From IMG/VR virus record IMGVR_UViG_3300009095_000011, positions 1 through 64,000 of that record: a stretch of 64,000 nucleotides of DNA. One strand, given 5' to 3'. The notes beneath the pieces were generated by a model. That model was not told the origin of the DNA and did not search any database. It worked only from the letters and a program-made list of their open reading frames with translations. Both the position numbers and the translations under genes were made by a program. Shown in pieces: positions 10,728-20,995 of the stretch. Numbering within the stretch: position 1 is the stretch's first letter; the number at the start of each line of letters is the position of its first letter. This stretch comes from a virus (taxonomy: Duplodnaviria > Caudoviricetes).

Positions 10728-12094
10728 GATTGTACTTCTTCTAAATCTACTACATCAGTATCTTTTATAATCCCTTCGAGCACTTTGAAGAGATAAGCTT
10801 TGTTCTTGTAAAACAAAGGAATTGATCCTCCATTGTCTACTCTAACAACTATACCTTCTTTAAGATGTTGTTTGAAAATTTCAGAATCTTGATCAGTTAA
10901 CTTTTGCAAATGAGTTTCTAAACTAAAATCAATCAACTGACCTTCTGATGCCATAGTTAATTGCCAATTCATAACTACGAATTGCTCAATATCTGGCACA
11001 TGCTTTACTCCCAATTGTTCGCATCTTGTTTTTACTTGGTTCCATGAGTAATCAATTGATTCTCCATCTTCGTTAGTCATTGTGATACGATATACATAGA
11101 TGTCGTATTGAGGTTGATTTTGCAAAGCAAATGGAGTACATCCATAACTAAATACAGTCTGTTCTCCATATCTTTCAACAAATTGCCCATATTCCACTTT
11201 ATCCATGAATTTCTTTAGCTTCTCATTGCTATGAGATCCCATTATTGGAGTACCTTCTGGTGTGTAGCCAACGATTTCAAAGTAAATAGATTCTCCTTTT
11301 CTTAATTTACCTTCAAAGTTTTCCTTAGCTGCTTTAGTCCATAGATCGCTTTCGTAGAATCCAGGGCCGGTGTGTTCAGTGTCTCCAATTGATTTAACCA
11401 CTCTACGAGAGCCTACAACGAATTTATATTGTGTGTCTGGTGTATTGAGACCAATTTTATTTAAAACTCTCTCAAATACGTTCTTTTGACGTAATACAGG
11501 AAGATTGCCACATCTACAAGATGTACCGTGGAGCTTCTCAGTAATCGTTATTAAATCTCCCTCATGAATGTTATGAAGATTTCTCATTAGCTGGTCAGTA
11601 TCAATATGCTCTTTAAAAGTAGGACATAGATTTACTCTTGCTTTACCTTGTTTATTTTCTCTCCCCTGTTTGGTTTTTTGAGTGATGTATTTATTACAAA
11701 TAGCAACTCCTCCCAATTGATCTAATTCAACTCCCTCTCTTATTTCTTCTTTGCTAAAATAACCACTATGAATAAACAACAATGATTCAAGAGGCATCCA
11801 TAATCCTGAACATCTCACACCTCTCAATCGAATTGGACGCACTCTTCTATTATCCTCAATGTATCCTGTTTTGGATTTGTCTTTATTGAGGTCACTATGT
11901 CTATATAGATTGTTATTGTAACAAAATTCTGGACTTAGTTGAGTTTCACAGTCGAACAAAAGGCCAAGTTCTCCTTCTTTGTGATCTTTTGAGATGATTA
12001 CAGTTTCACCAAATAGATTAGCTTGTACTATTTGATCTGCTCCTGGAATTTCCTGTATATTCTTGAGCTTGCAGATTAAGACTTTTCCTGTCAT
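10724..12094 (-). CDS. RNA ligase (DRB0094/Rnl2-like) with N-terminal OB-like domain
   Basis: EKLHGTS motif I, YFEIVG, EGIVVR, YKNK; N-terminal IPGADQI...LRGVRCSG. Confidence 0.85.
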   Translation of the reverse strand: MTGKVLICKLKNIQEIPGADQIVQANLFGETVIISKDHKEGELGLLFDCETQLSPEFCYNNNLYRHSDLNKDKSKTGYIEDNRRVRPIRLRGVRCSGLWMPLESLLFIHSGYFSKEEIREGVELDQLGGVAICNKYITQKTKQGRENKQGKARVNLCPTFKEHIDTDQLMRNLHNIHEGDLITITEKLHGTSCRCGNLPVLRQKNVFERVLNKIGLNTPDTQYKFVVGSRRVVKSIGDTEHTGPGFYESDLWTKAAKENFEGKLRKGESIYFEIVGYTPEGTPIMGSHSNEKLKKFMDKVEYGQFVERYGEQTVFSYGCTPFALQNQPQYDIYVYRITMTNEDGESIDYSWNQVKTRCEQLGVKHVPDIEQFVVMNWQLTMASEGQLIDFSLETHLQKLTDQDSEIFKQHLKEGIVVRVDNGGSIPLFYKNKAYLFKVLEGIIKDTDVVDLEEVQS

Positions 12095-12127
12095 GGGTTT
12101 ATATTTTTGCTTTATCAGATTTGAAAT

Positions 12128-12160
12128 GTAAATATATAAATTATATCTGAGATATGCAAA
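12128..12160 (-). promoter_or_regulatory. Bacteroidota-type promoter
   Basis: Minus strand TTTGCA-N18-TATATTTAC upstream of the RNA ligase gene. Confidence 0.65.
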
Positions 12161-13587
12161 TTCAATTAACCTACAAACATTTCCATCTTTTTTTTAATGT
12201 CTTTTTGGATTTGCCTTAATGTATTATCAAATTGTGCTCTGAAGTGATCTTCGTAGTTGTAGATTAGTTTATAACGAGGAAGGTCTTTATATTGAGCCTT
12301 GAGAGTTCCTTTTTGAGTTTTAAACTTTGAATCTTCTGCTTTATAGATCCATTCGCCTTTTTCGTTTTGTTCAAATACTTGACCGTTGAGGTCTAATTTA
12401 TTACAAGAGGAGCACATAGGTTATTGTATTATTTTAATGTTGGTTAACTGAAATTGCGGTGAAATATTTTAAATCTTTGTATTATTCAAAGAATACTATT
12501 TTCTTTTAGCTTTATTCATTTCATTTTCGATTTCCTCATCGGTTAGATGGCCCCTTTCTCTCATTCTATTCTCTGCATTTTTATCCATTACATAAACCCA
12601 ATCGCAAATATCATAAGGATTAGTCAATTGTCTCTGATCGTCTGGTAGCTCATCGAATTTACCTTGATTGATCAGTTGTTTTGTTTTATTTCTGAATTTA
12701 CGATGAGATAAGGATTTCATACCTTTGTTGCTATCTTTTATGATAGGTTTTTTAGTTGATTTTCCCATTGTTAAAAATTATTTAAATCTCCATCTTTGAT
12801 CCATTCCTTAACAGTATCGATAATTACTTTGATTTCTTCATCGCCTCCTCTATCTCCAAGATAATCTCCATCTTTCCAGTTTTCAGTGTCATTCATTGAT
12901 AGATTAATGTGCAATCTTATGCTTAATGGAATAGATTGCTGATCATAGATATCATTGAATAGCTCTTGTATTTCTTGTTCTGTATATTTATTCATTCTTC
13001 GATTATTTTACATCTTGATGCATCCACTATATATGATTTTCATAACAATTTGCTTAATTTATTGTAAATTTGTTAATACTTTTGAATAAATGCTTGTCTA
13101 TGCCCGGATCTATGATTCACTGATGTTGCCAATTTGATAATTTATTCATCAAAACTTTTCCCACAAAATTGGGAACCCTTTGTTGTAAACCTTTTTAATT
13201 TTGGTTTTAGTATCTAAATATCCTGCTTCAGAAACAGGGAAGCATCCATAGTCTGGCTCATCTTTATTGATATAATGATCTTCTTGCAGTTTCTCTACTT
13301 CAATATTATTTATAGCTTCATCTTCACGCCAAAGAATAACTTTATTTTCGAGTTGATTCTCATCTAATGAATTACAAAACTCTTTTAATTCTTTCCAGTT
13401 CATAATTAATAATATTCACCTTCATTAAATGCTCTAATTTCTTTCTCTCCTGTTATTGGATTAATTACCTCAGCTATTATTGAATTATCTTTTTCATTAA
13501 TTACAACAGCTTTGCCTTCTTTTTCTCTCACTATACCATTTTGATAAGTAAGGTAACTATAATGTATTATTGTTTTCGGATTCATCT

Positions 13588-14283
13588 CTAAAATTGTAAT
13601 AGTGTATAACCTATTCCTAAGCCGATATAAGGAGTTATTTGTTGTTTTGTGACTCCATACCCCACTTGAATGCCAATCGTTGTTCTACGCGGCTTAAAAT
13701 CGCTCACAATGACGTTTTGCATTTGAGTTACCTTTGTGTATGGGTTTTTGTCTCTGAAATATACAATAGGTTTGTTTTTATTGAAGGGATTGAGATTGAA
13801 TTTCTTCTCATAGCCAGATAATACAATAAAATCACTTACAAACGAAAGTGAATCTCTGATTATTTCACCATTATGTGTGAACGTGAATTTGTAATTGTAC
13901 CATTTTGTTGATTTACTGAGAGTATAAGGCAGCTTTAGGTAATTAGTCGTATCTATTGTGGCAATGTTGTCATTGGGTATTTTGACTGTATCGACATCGT
14001 ATTTGGTTACTGTGACTATTCTTACTTGAGATTTGATGTTCTTTATGTGTTGTAGGGAATCACCTAATTTGGCTAATTTGCTGTTTTTATCAACTATTAT
14101 CTGCTCCTGGTATACTATTTGGCTATCTTTCTTGCTTACTGTGAATTGATAGTTGTTTGCAAGTATTTCATTATTTCTTTGTAGTTGATTGATTTGCTTG
14201 TGATTGTAGTATTTGTCTGTTGCAAGAAATACTATTACAAATATACAAAGAATAAGGAGTATTGTTTGAATGGAGAGTTTCAT
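13588..14283 (-). CDS. Membrane-anchored coiled-coil protein, possible lysis accessory (spanin-like)
   Basis: N-terminal TM helix, coiled coil, C-terminal GIQVGYG...PYIGLGIGY beta hairpin; next to holin-like ORFs. Confidence 0.4.
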   Translation of the reverse strand: MKLSIQTILLILCIFVIVFLATDKYYNHKQINQLQRNNEILANNYQFTVSKKDSQIVYQEQIIVDKNSKLAKLGDSLQHIKNIKSQVRIVTVTKYDVDTVKIPNDNIATIDTTNYLKLPYTLSKSTKWYNYKFTFTHNGEIIRDSLSFVSDFIVLSGYEKKFNLNPFNKNKPIVYFRDKNPYTKVTQMQNVIVSDFKPRRTTIGIQVGYGVTKQQITPYIGLGIGYTLLQF

Positions 14284-14300
14284 TACGATTTGATTTTCAA

Positions 14301-14600
14301 TTAGTTACTTTTATTCTTATCAACATATTGAAGTGTTGCCTTACCTCCTAAGATGAATAACATTATGACATCCATTGAGTACCATATGTTGTCCTGGATT
14401 GTTTTTTCAAGGAATACTTCACTGAGCACTATTGTGATAAAAAGTATTAGCCACACTATTGTTACTATCTCAGGTATTTGAAGTTTTCCATCAGTTCCCT
14501 TAATGGCTTCATAGAAATCTTTGCCATTAATTTTTACCAAATATATAAAAAATAGTACAATAAAACAAAAGAAGCAGTATGCTATTATTTGTGCTACCAT
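14301..14600 (-). CDS. Small membrane protein (holin-like)
   Basis: Three hydrophobic segments in 99 aa. Confidence 0.4.
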   Translation of the reverse strand: MVAQIIAYCFFCFIVLFFIYLVKINGKDFYEAIKGTDGKLQIPEIVTIVWLILFITIVLSEVFLEKTIQDNIWYSMDVIMLFILGGKATLQYVDKNKSN

Positions 14601-14609
14601 ATATATATT

Positions 14610-14807
14610 TTATTTTTTGGCATTTTTCTTACTTAAATCGCGAATTAATTTGATTATTGTAAGAATACCCACAACAAATGCTGCTGCACCCGATAAGATT
14701 CTTAATCCCATCTCTACCACTTCAAGATTGGATATTATAGATCCACTCACTATTCCTACGAATTTAATCAAAAGATCTCTGTTGTCTGCTATCACTTGTT
14801 TAAACAT
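14610..14807 (-). CDS. Small membrane protein (holin-like)
   Basis: 65 aa, hydrophobic helices, basic C-terminus. Confidence 0.4.
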   Translation of the reverse strand: MFKQVIADNRDLLIKFVGIVSGSIISNLEVVEMGLRILSGAAAFVVGILTIIKLIRDLSKKNAKK

Positions 14808-14813
14808 AAAAAA

Positions 14814-16382
14814 TTATTTTACTATCAATTCTCTGTCTACGAATTCATTAAACGATTTTGCGAATGGATTATCATCTTGTTGGTAGTTTTCGTCTATAAA
14901 TTGGTTGCTTTCCTGATTGCCCATTTGTTTCATTTGAAGCCACTGCATATATACAGGATTCAAAATAACATCATCTTCGTCTATTGTATCTGGCAATCCT
15001 CTTTCTCTTCGTACTTCTTTAAGTCCCTTAAATGAGCTTGCTTTCTTTATTGCCATTTCAAGTTCTTTCTCTTCTGTTTCTGCTTCTAATCCTACAAAAG
15101 CAAATTCATATTCAGGAGCAATAGGAGTGATGATATATTTGTTGATTCTTTTTTGTAAGAATTTAAGTAATGGTTTTAATCCCTTATCTCTGCTGTATTT
15201 TAGTTTTGATTCATTGTTGGATTCAAACATTGAATTGCTGTCAGGAGATTGTTGAATACTGAATCCTATTTCTTCTGGACTGATTTTATATATAGCACAA
15301 GCGAGTTTTATTAGATATTCCTGATATTTGCTGTATTCCATGTCTCTATTGGATTTAGATAGATCAACAAATTCCATCTTATCAGCTTCTATAAAGCCCA
15401 TCTTATGTGCGTTTTGGAACCCAGCCATTGTCGCACTCCATTGCTGCCTGAACTCATGAAGTCTCGCTTCATTAATGTTACCACCTATTCGGAATATACC
15501 ACTTGGTACACTTCCTACTTTGAATACATTAGCGTTATATGCATCTCCTTGTAACATCGCTGTTACAGTGGAGATTAGTGTTTCCAATTCACTTTCGCCA
15601 TATCCATTAGTGTAGATAGCTGATTGTGGGTTTCTTATTCCCCACATCATTTCCCAAGGATAGAATTCTGCTAATATTTGATCTTGATATATTTGTACAT
15701 GGCTTGGTAGTTCGCCATATATTTTTCTTAGGTTTTTTATTTCGTCTGATCTGTGGTCTGCAAGACGAATAGTGGCTGCATCTACTGCAACAAATTCAAC
15801 TGGTAATCCTTTGTTGTTTCGGATTATCTCGCTTGAAATTTGATCAAGGATGAGACTATCTTTTACTGTTTTTCTTCCCCAACTTTCAAAGTCATCCCCT
15901 GTCCATTTATTACTATCGCTGCCACAGTTTAACAAGAACTCAGTTAATAGCTCAATTGTTCGTTGATCTTGCTTAGTAGCCTTCTCTTCGTTGTCCTGAT
16001 TGAAGTATTGGCTTTTCTTTTTGATTATGAAGCCGGTGCTATATTTGTCTGTTTGTGGTTCAAGAAATGCACTTACTTGTTCTACTCGTGTTTCTATTAC
16101 AGCTTTGATAATAGGGGCATTGGCCATCCTCCTAAGAGTAGTATGGGTTATTTTGTTGGGTTCAGTTAAATAACCACCCCTTGCTGTAAAATTAGATGGA
16201 TCTATAAAGAAAGACTTTGTTTTGTTGTCTCTTCTATAGATCTCGTGTAAGAATGATTGAGCTTTGATTAGTGCGTCTGGATCATCACTTTCAAATGCTT
16301 TGCGCATAATGATAGATTCCTCAGCAACTAATCTTTGTTTTTGAAGCTCTAATGATTTTATTTTATCTGTCAATTCACTCAT
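14814..16382 (-). CDS. Phage portal protein
   Basis: VDAATIR, YTNGYGESELE, F..GSVPSGI, DMEYSKY..YL..LAC.IYKISPEEIG, EVRRERGL. Confidence 0.9.
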   Translation of the reverse strand: MSELTDKIKSLELQKQRLVAEESIIMRKAFESDDPDALIKAQSFLHEIYRRDNKTKSFFIDPSNFTARGGYLTEPNKITHTTLRRMANAPIIKAVIETRVEQVSAFLEPQTDKYSTGFIIKKKSQYFNQDNEEKATKQDQRTIELLTEFLLNCGSDSNKWTGDDFESWGRKTVKDSLILDQISSEIIRNNKGLPVEFVAVDAATIRLADHRSDEIKNLRKIYGELPSHVQIYQDQILAEFYPWEMMWGIRNPQSAIYTNGYGESELETLISTVTAMLQGDAYNANVFKVGSVPSGIFRIGGNINEARLHEFRQQWSATMAGFQNAHKMGFIEADKMEFVDLSKSNRDMEYSKYQEYLIKLACAIYKISPEEIGFSIQQSPDSNSMFESNNESKLKYSRDKGLKPLLKFLQKRINKYIITPIAPEYEFAFVGLEAETEEKELEMAIKKASSFKGLKEVRRERGLPDTIDEDDVILNPVYMQWLQMKQMGNQESNQFIDENYQQDDNPFAKSFNEFVDRELIVK

Positions 16383-16416
16383 TGAACAGTTAGATATTCA
16401 AGTATGTGAATTACGA

Positions 16417-16857
16417 TTATTGCTGTACTGGCAATTCTTTTCCTACTCTGTCGAATTTTCTATTGAGAGGATTGTCTTTGTATTGAGATTTTTGAATTGT
16501 AGTTTCTTCGCCTGATTCGCTTTTTGTGATTGAATCTACTTTTTCTACAAGGGAGTAGAAATAAATAGGCTCTTCATTGCCTTTTTCATCTACCTTGATG
16601 GCTTTCTCAATATTTTTGGTATCCTCTACGTAGTTTTTTGACTCTATCTCAGTTAGGTATCCTTTTTCAAGTTTATCTTTAATGTCAGATGTGTATTTGT
16701 CAAATGAAGCTGCTGAGAACACTTCATACTCTCCACCTTTCTTGATTTGCTCTATTTGTTTCTCAGTGTATTTAGGTAGAGTGAGTTCTTTGTAATTAGT
16801 TACGTTTGCTTTAAGGTTGTTGTGGATTATACTTGCCTGTGCTGATTGTAATGACAT
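16417..16857 (-). CDS. Hypothetical protein, possibly head-associated
   Basis: Immediately upstream of portal; ends in DNPLNRKFDRVG. Confidence 0.45.
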   Translation of the reverse strand: MSLQSAQASIIHNNLKANVTNYKELTLPKYTEKQIEQIKKGGEYEVFSAASFDKYTSDIKDKLEKGYLTEIESKNYVEDTKNIEKAIKVDEKGNEEPIYFYSLVEKVDSITKSESGEETTIQKSQYKDNPLNRKFDRVGKELPVQQ

Positions 16858-17303
16858 GTCTTTGTAAAAATATAAATGCGCATAAATACAATTTGTTTAA
16901 ACAATTGTAAATATACGCAAATTGAAAATTATAAAAAAATAATTGAGGAATTTATTTGATTTGCTTTTTGAGTTTTTCTATTTCTAATAATGTAAATTGC
17001 TTTTCTTGTTCAAGATCGTGTACCCTTTGTTCTAGGTAATGAATTTTATCTTTATATTGGAGAACGATTTTGAATTTCTCTACTCCCTTATCGTCAATTT
17101 TCTTTTGACTCATGCCTAAAGTTTGAAGGGCAAGTAATTTGACATAGATATCTTGTTCACTTTCTCCCTTGACTTTTTTGGCTATTTGCTTAGCTGAGAA
17201 CCAGTTCTTTGATATTTGATAAAATTGCAAAGAGAGATTGAAGGCTGCCTGTCGCGTTTCTTCTTTTTCTAAATATTCAAGTATACTGTTGTCTTGATTC
17301 ATT

Positions 17304-17756
17304 TTATTTTTTCTTTAAAATTAAAGCTTCTGAATGACTTTCAATCATTTGGTCAAACATCCATGATGGCATATCTTTACAATGCTGCACAAATGATTCT
17401 ATTTTCATTCTGGTATCAAGATTGTTTAAATCCATACCTTCAAATAGATTTTCAATTAATTCAACTTTATCTAATCTTTCCCATTCAATTCTATCTATAT
17501 CTCTACATAAATCATCGTTTTCTTCTGATAATCTCTCTATCTCTTCTGCTAAATCATTATTCGACACCGATAAATCATTAATTTTCTCTACCATATTGTC
17601 AGCCTCTTCTTCAAGCTGACTGACTTTATTTTCCAATTGCTCTTTTTCTTCAAGTAATTGTTTGTATTCGGCTTTTAATAATTCATATTCTGTGCCCATA
17701 TTTTTAAAATTCAAATGTATCTCTGTATCGAAATTCCTGTACTGATGATAGCTCAC
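17304..17756 (-). CDS. Coiled-coil protein
   Basis: Heptad-rich acidic sequence; likely start MGTEY. Confidence 0.55.
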   Translation of the reverse strand: MSYHQYRNFDTEIHLNFKNMGTEYELLKAEYKQLLEEKEQLENKVSQLEEEADNMVEKINDLSVSNNDLAEEIERLSEENDDLCRDIDRIEWERLDKVELIENLFEGMDLNNLDTRMKIESFVQHCKDMPSWMFDQMIESHSEALILKKK

Positions 17757-18396
17757 CTCCTTGAGATCGTAAGCTCTTTGTGAGGTAAATAAATAGCTCT
17801 TTAAGTGCTATTGTGTCATTTATTGCCTTATGACCATCTATGAGATCAATACCAGCTTTTTGACAACAAGTAGGGAGTTTGTAATCTTTGATTTCTCCTG
17901 CTTCTCTATTCCACTTTCTTTTACTTTCCTCTACTGTATCAACATATTGAGGTATGAAGTTTCCATAAAAGTCCTCTTTACCTTGTATATAGTCACTTAG
18001 ATTAACTTTACAAAAAGCAAATACTTGTTGAAGAAAACTTATATCAAACAAAACATTGTGAGCTACAATTATAGGTCTTGCATCTTTTCTTTTAGTAAAA
18101 GATGCATTTTGAAATAATTGTATAATTTGTGATACAAGTTCTTTTACACTTATTCCACTATTGATATCATCATGACTTATTCCAGTAATGTCAAGTGCCT
18201 TTTGATCATAAGTGTAATTACCATAGGGTTTTATATATGTACTTATTCGATCAATTTCTTCAAAATTATCTCCTCTAATAGATATCATTGCAAGTTCTGT
18301 TACTGCAACTTTAGTAGCATCTAATCCACCCGTTTCCCAATCAAAGATGATATATGAATTAACTGGCTTAATCGTTTGCGTTGTGTTCTTTGGCAT
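17704..18396 (-). CDS. DEDDh 3'-5' exonuclease (DNA polymerase III epsilon-like)
   Basis: DWETGG, AHNVLFD, HKAIND. Confidence 0.9.
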   Translation of the reverse strand: MPKNTTQTIKPVNSYIIFDWETGGLDATKVAVTELAMISIRGDNFEEIDRISTYIKPYGNYTYDQKALDITGISHDDINSGISVKELVSQIIQLFQNASFTKRKDARPIIVAHNVLFDISFLQQVFAFCKVNLSDYIQGKEDFYGNFIPQYVDTVEESKRKWNREAGEIKDYKLPTCCQKAGIDLIDGHKAINDTIALKELFIYLTKSLRSQGGELSSVQEFRYRDTFEF

Positions 18397-18781
18397 AGAT
18401 ATCTATTAAATCTTTGGTTTTTTGTAAATCTTCCTTGAATTGACCTTTATGTCTGCAACGTATGATTCTTTTTATGATATCAAATTCATAAGCATTGAGT
18501 TGCCATTCTTGTGCAAATTTATAAAGGCTGTCTTTTCCTTTATAATAAGGTTTGGTATTGATAGTTTGTTCCTCTTCCTCTCCATCTATTTCAGGTTGAT
18601 CATATAATCCATCTTTTTGATCCATAATCAATTGTTCTTGTTGATATTTTAACCAATAACCATTAGCATAAAGAATTCCTTCATTATATACATCCCTCAA
18701 TAATGCTCTTATATCCTGCACAGTCATTACTTCTTTGTTGTTGTAATAATTTTGTGCTAATTTATCAATATCAATAGCCAT
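18368..18781 (-). CDS. Protein with DUF3310-like C-terminal domain
   Basis: KPYY...IIKRIIRCRHKG..EDLQK pattern. Confidence 0.5.
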   Translation of the reverse strand: MAIDIDKLAQNYYNNKEVMTVQDIRALLRDVYNEGILYANGYWLKYQQEQLIMDQKDGLYDQPEIDGEEEEQTINTKPYYKGKDSLYKFAQEWQLNAYEFDIIKRIIRCRHKGQFKEDLQKTKDLIDIYAKEHNAND

Positions 18782-19318
18782 TATTTTACTAATTCGATAT
18801 ATATCAATCCTATTGCTTGATTGTTATGTTCTATAAGGGAGATTTGACCACAATAGCTTGGCAGCTTTCCCTTTCTGATGTATTGATGTACATCATTAAT
18901 GTTAAAGCTATGCTTTTTCTTTGTAGAGATTAGTTTACTAAAATTTTCATTGAGATATCTTAGCAACCCTGGTACTGTGAAATGTTTTCCTTCAATTAAT
19001 TCAATTGTTTTGCTCATGAGCCTACGTAAATGTATTGGTAAAAATCACAATTTTGATAAGTAAAGGCTGCATAGTACAGCCTATTTATAGTATGATAGCT
19101 ATTGATATAGCTTTCAGTAATTTCTTGTTGATTCATGATATTAATAACTTACCTCCATATAAGAGGATAAAAATGAATATTCCAAAGCATGATAATGCTA
19201 ACAAAGAACAATAGATCATTTGTGCTATGAAACTATTTAATGCTCTTCTTATTATTACTTTATCTTTTTTTGTAAATGTTTTCATGAGTTTACAATTTTT
19301 AGTTTAAAAATAAAAATA

Positions 19319-19465
19319 AGCAGGCAGCAGGATTCGATACCTGCAAATCGCTTACAACACTTCAATAAGAAAATGCCCGGTGTTGCGTTAGACCGGATCA
19401 GCGTCTACTTTTCGAAGAGCTTTAAAGTTTAGAAAGCTTTTGCTCTACGCTTCCGCCATGCCTGC
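19319..19465 (-). ncRNA. tRNA-like RNA with expanded D-loop and non-canonical anticodon arm
   Basis: Acceptor stem GCAGGCA/TGCCTGC, TGGCGGAA...GTAGACGC (Leu-type D arm), T arm GCAGG-TATCGAAT-CCTGC; 147 nt. Confidence 0.65.
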
Positions 19466-19469
19466 TTAT

Positions 19470-20180
19470 ATCCGTTCTAAATCTATTCCTCCCGCGTGGT
19501 ACGCAGTCATCAGATTTAAAATGGGTTAAATATTGGTTGTAACGTTACCAACGTAGCCAACAGTGTATTAACTATTCATTAAGTACTATTTGAATAGCAA
19601 GTTACAATTTTGTTACTGGAATATGATTTTATTACCATTACTCAGGCTTTCATCCCTATCCTGTGGCAACCTATACTTCTATGTGGTATAGGATTTTATT
19701 GTACAATGACAGTTTTACATAGTAGATTTTCTCATACTACAACTTGTAATAATGGCTGCTGTTTTATTCCGCATTTAACAGTTGTTATATCTGCACCTTA
19801 TCACAAGAAACTGTTTCAACTTTTATTTATACACGTTTAAGTCACTATTAATTGTATGATGGATTTTCAACCAACCCAAGAGGTATTATACACTCTGGTA
19901 TTTTACTCCGATTAATAGTCATCATCAGATTGTTTACGTGTTTTATTAAGTTTTATTTCTTTTTGTATACTTTCAAATGATCAAACTCTAAATCTTCTCT
20001 GATTGATATTTCAATCATGTACTTTCCATTTACATAGTAGATAGTATCAAGTGTTGAGTATCTCTTTGAAGTTCTTGAGTTAAACAACCTCTTTTAAGAT
20101 AATAACGGAATCGCTACTCCGGCACAGCATCAAGTTTAATTGCCCTTGAATTCGTCTTTGTGCTGCATATATTATCTTAT
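19470..20180 (-). ncRNA. Putative structured non-coding RNA locus
   Basis: About 700 bp with no long minus-strand ORF, many hairpins, promoter at 20190-20222. Confidence 0.4.
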
Positions 20181-20189
20181 GATCAGATT

Positions 20190-20222
20190 GTAAATATAGC
20201 ATCTTTATATTTAAGATGCAAA
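20190..20222 (-). promoter_or_regulatory. Bacteroidota-type promoter
   Basis: TTTGCA-N18-TATATTTAC. Confidence 0.65.
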
Positions 20223-20226
20223 TGTT

Positions 20227-20802
20227 TTATTGATTATTTATGAATTTATTATAAAGCTCAATATCGTATTTCTTCATTACTTCAAGGCATTCATTGATAT
20301 TATTAAGATTCTTCCATTCCTGACCTTTGGGGTTCTCAATAGCTGCATTGCATTTGTGACAACCAGGGAAGAAATTTTCATTGCTCCATATCAATTCACT
20401 CTTGTGTATTTGTTTACATCTTGATTGAGGAATTATATGAGCACTGCCTTGTGCTTGATCTCCACATCCACGACATATTTGTATTTGACTTGGATAGGTT
20501 TCTCTATAGGCTTTAGATCGTCTTGAATCTATCTGGCTTTGAGTTACCTTAGTTCCATCACTACAAAAATATGCTATAGCTTGTTTTGGCTTATTTTTAG
20601 CCGCTACAATCGATTTTCTTTGCTTAGTTAATATACTGACTCCATTTGACTGCTTTAATGGCTTATAACGCTTTATTTTGCCTTGTTTCCAATTGTCACC
20701 ATTTAATCGTACTTGATTGCAGTCATGACAAAGCCAATGAGTGCGATTAATTATAGGTTTTGAATTGTTACACTTTTTACAAATAGATATTTCGATCTTC
20801 AA
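20227..20802 (-). CDS. Zinc-binding HNH-like endonuclease
   Basis: CRGC...AHIIP...N..PGCHKCN plus two N-terminal CxxC pairs. Confidence 0.6.
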   Translation of the reverse strand: MKIEISICKKCNNSKPIINRTHWLCHDCNQVRLNGDNWKQGKIKRYKPLKQSNGVSILTKQRKSIVAAKNKPKQAIAYFCSDGTKVTQSQIDSRRSKAYRETYPSQIQICRGCGDQAQGSAHIIPQSRCKQIHKSELIWSNENFFPGCHKCNAAIENPKGQEWKNLNNINECLEVMKKYDIELYNKFINNQ

Positions 20803-20995
20803 AATCTTCTTCTGCTAATTAATGTTTTAACTTTTGATATCATTAGTGCAACTAAATTAAACAATACTATCCATGCAGCAATCCATGAGGCTATAATTGA
20901 TAATATTGAATATTGAGAAACGAAATCCCAATATTCTCCCGCTACCCATATTATAATTCCAAACGATAGTACAAGTGGTAACCAGAAATCACCAA

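Noticed and set aside
19319-19465. Amber suppressor tRNA or TAG recoding
   Set aside because: The CTA lies at the edge of a 10-nt loop, not in a canonical anticodon position. Long genes are intact in the standard code and terL ends normally at TAG.
19475-19520. Hammerhead ribozyme (CTGATGA followed by a stem)
   Set aside because: The stem is followed by GAGGAAT rather than GAAA, and no third stem or cleavage triplet is evident.
19470-20180. tmRNA, RNase P RNA or c-di-GMP riboswitch
   Set aside because: Their diagnostic conserved motifs were not found by eye; a covariance search is still needed.
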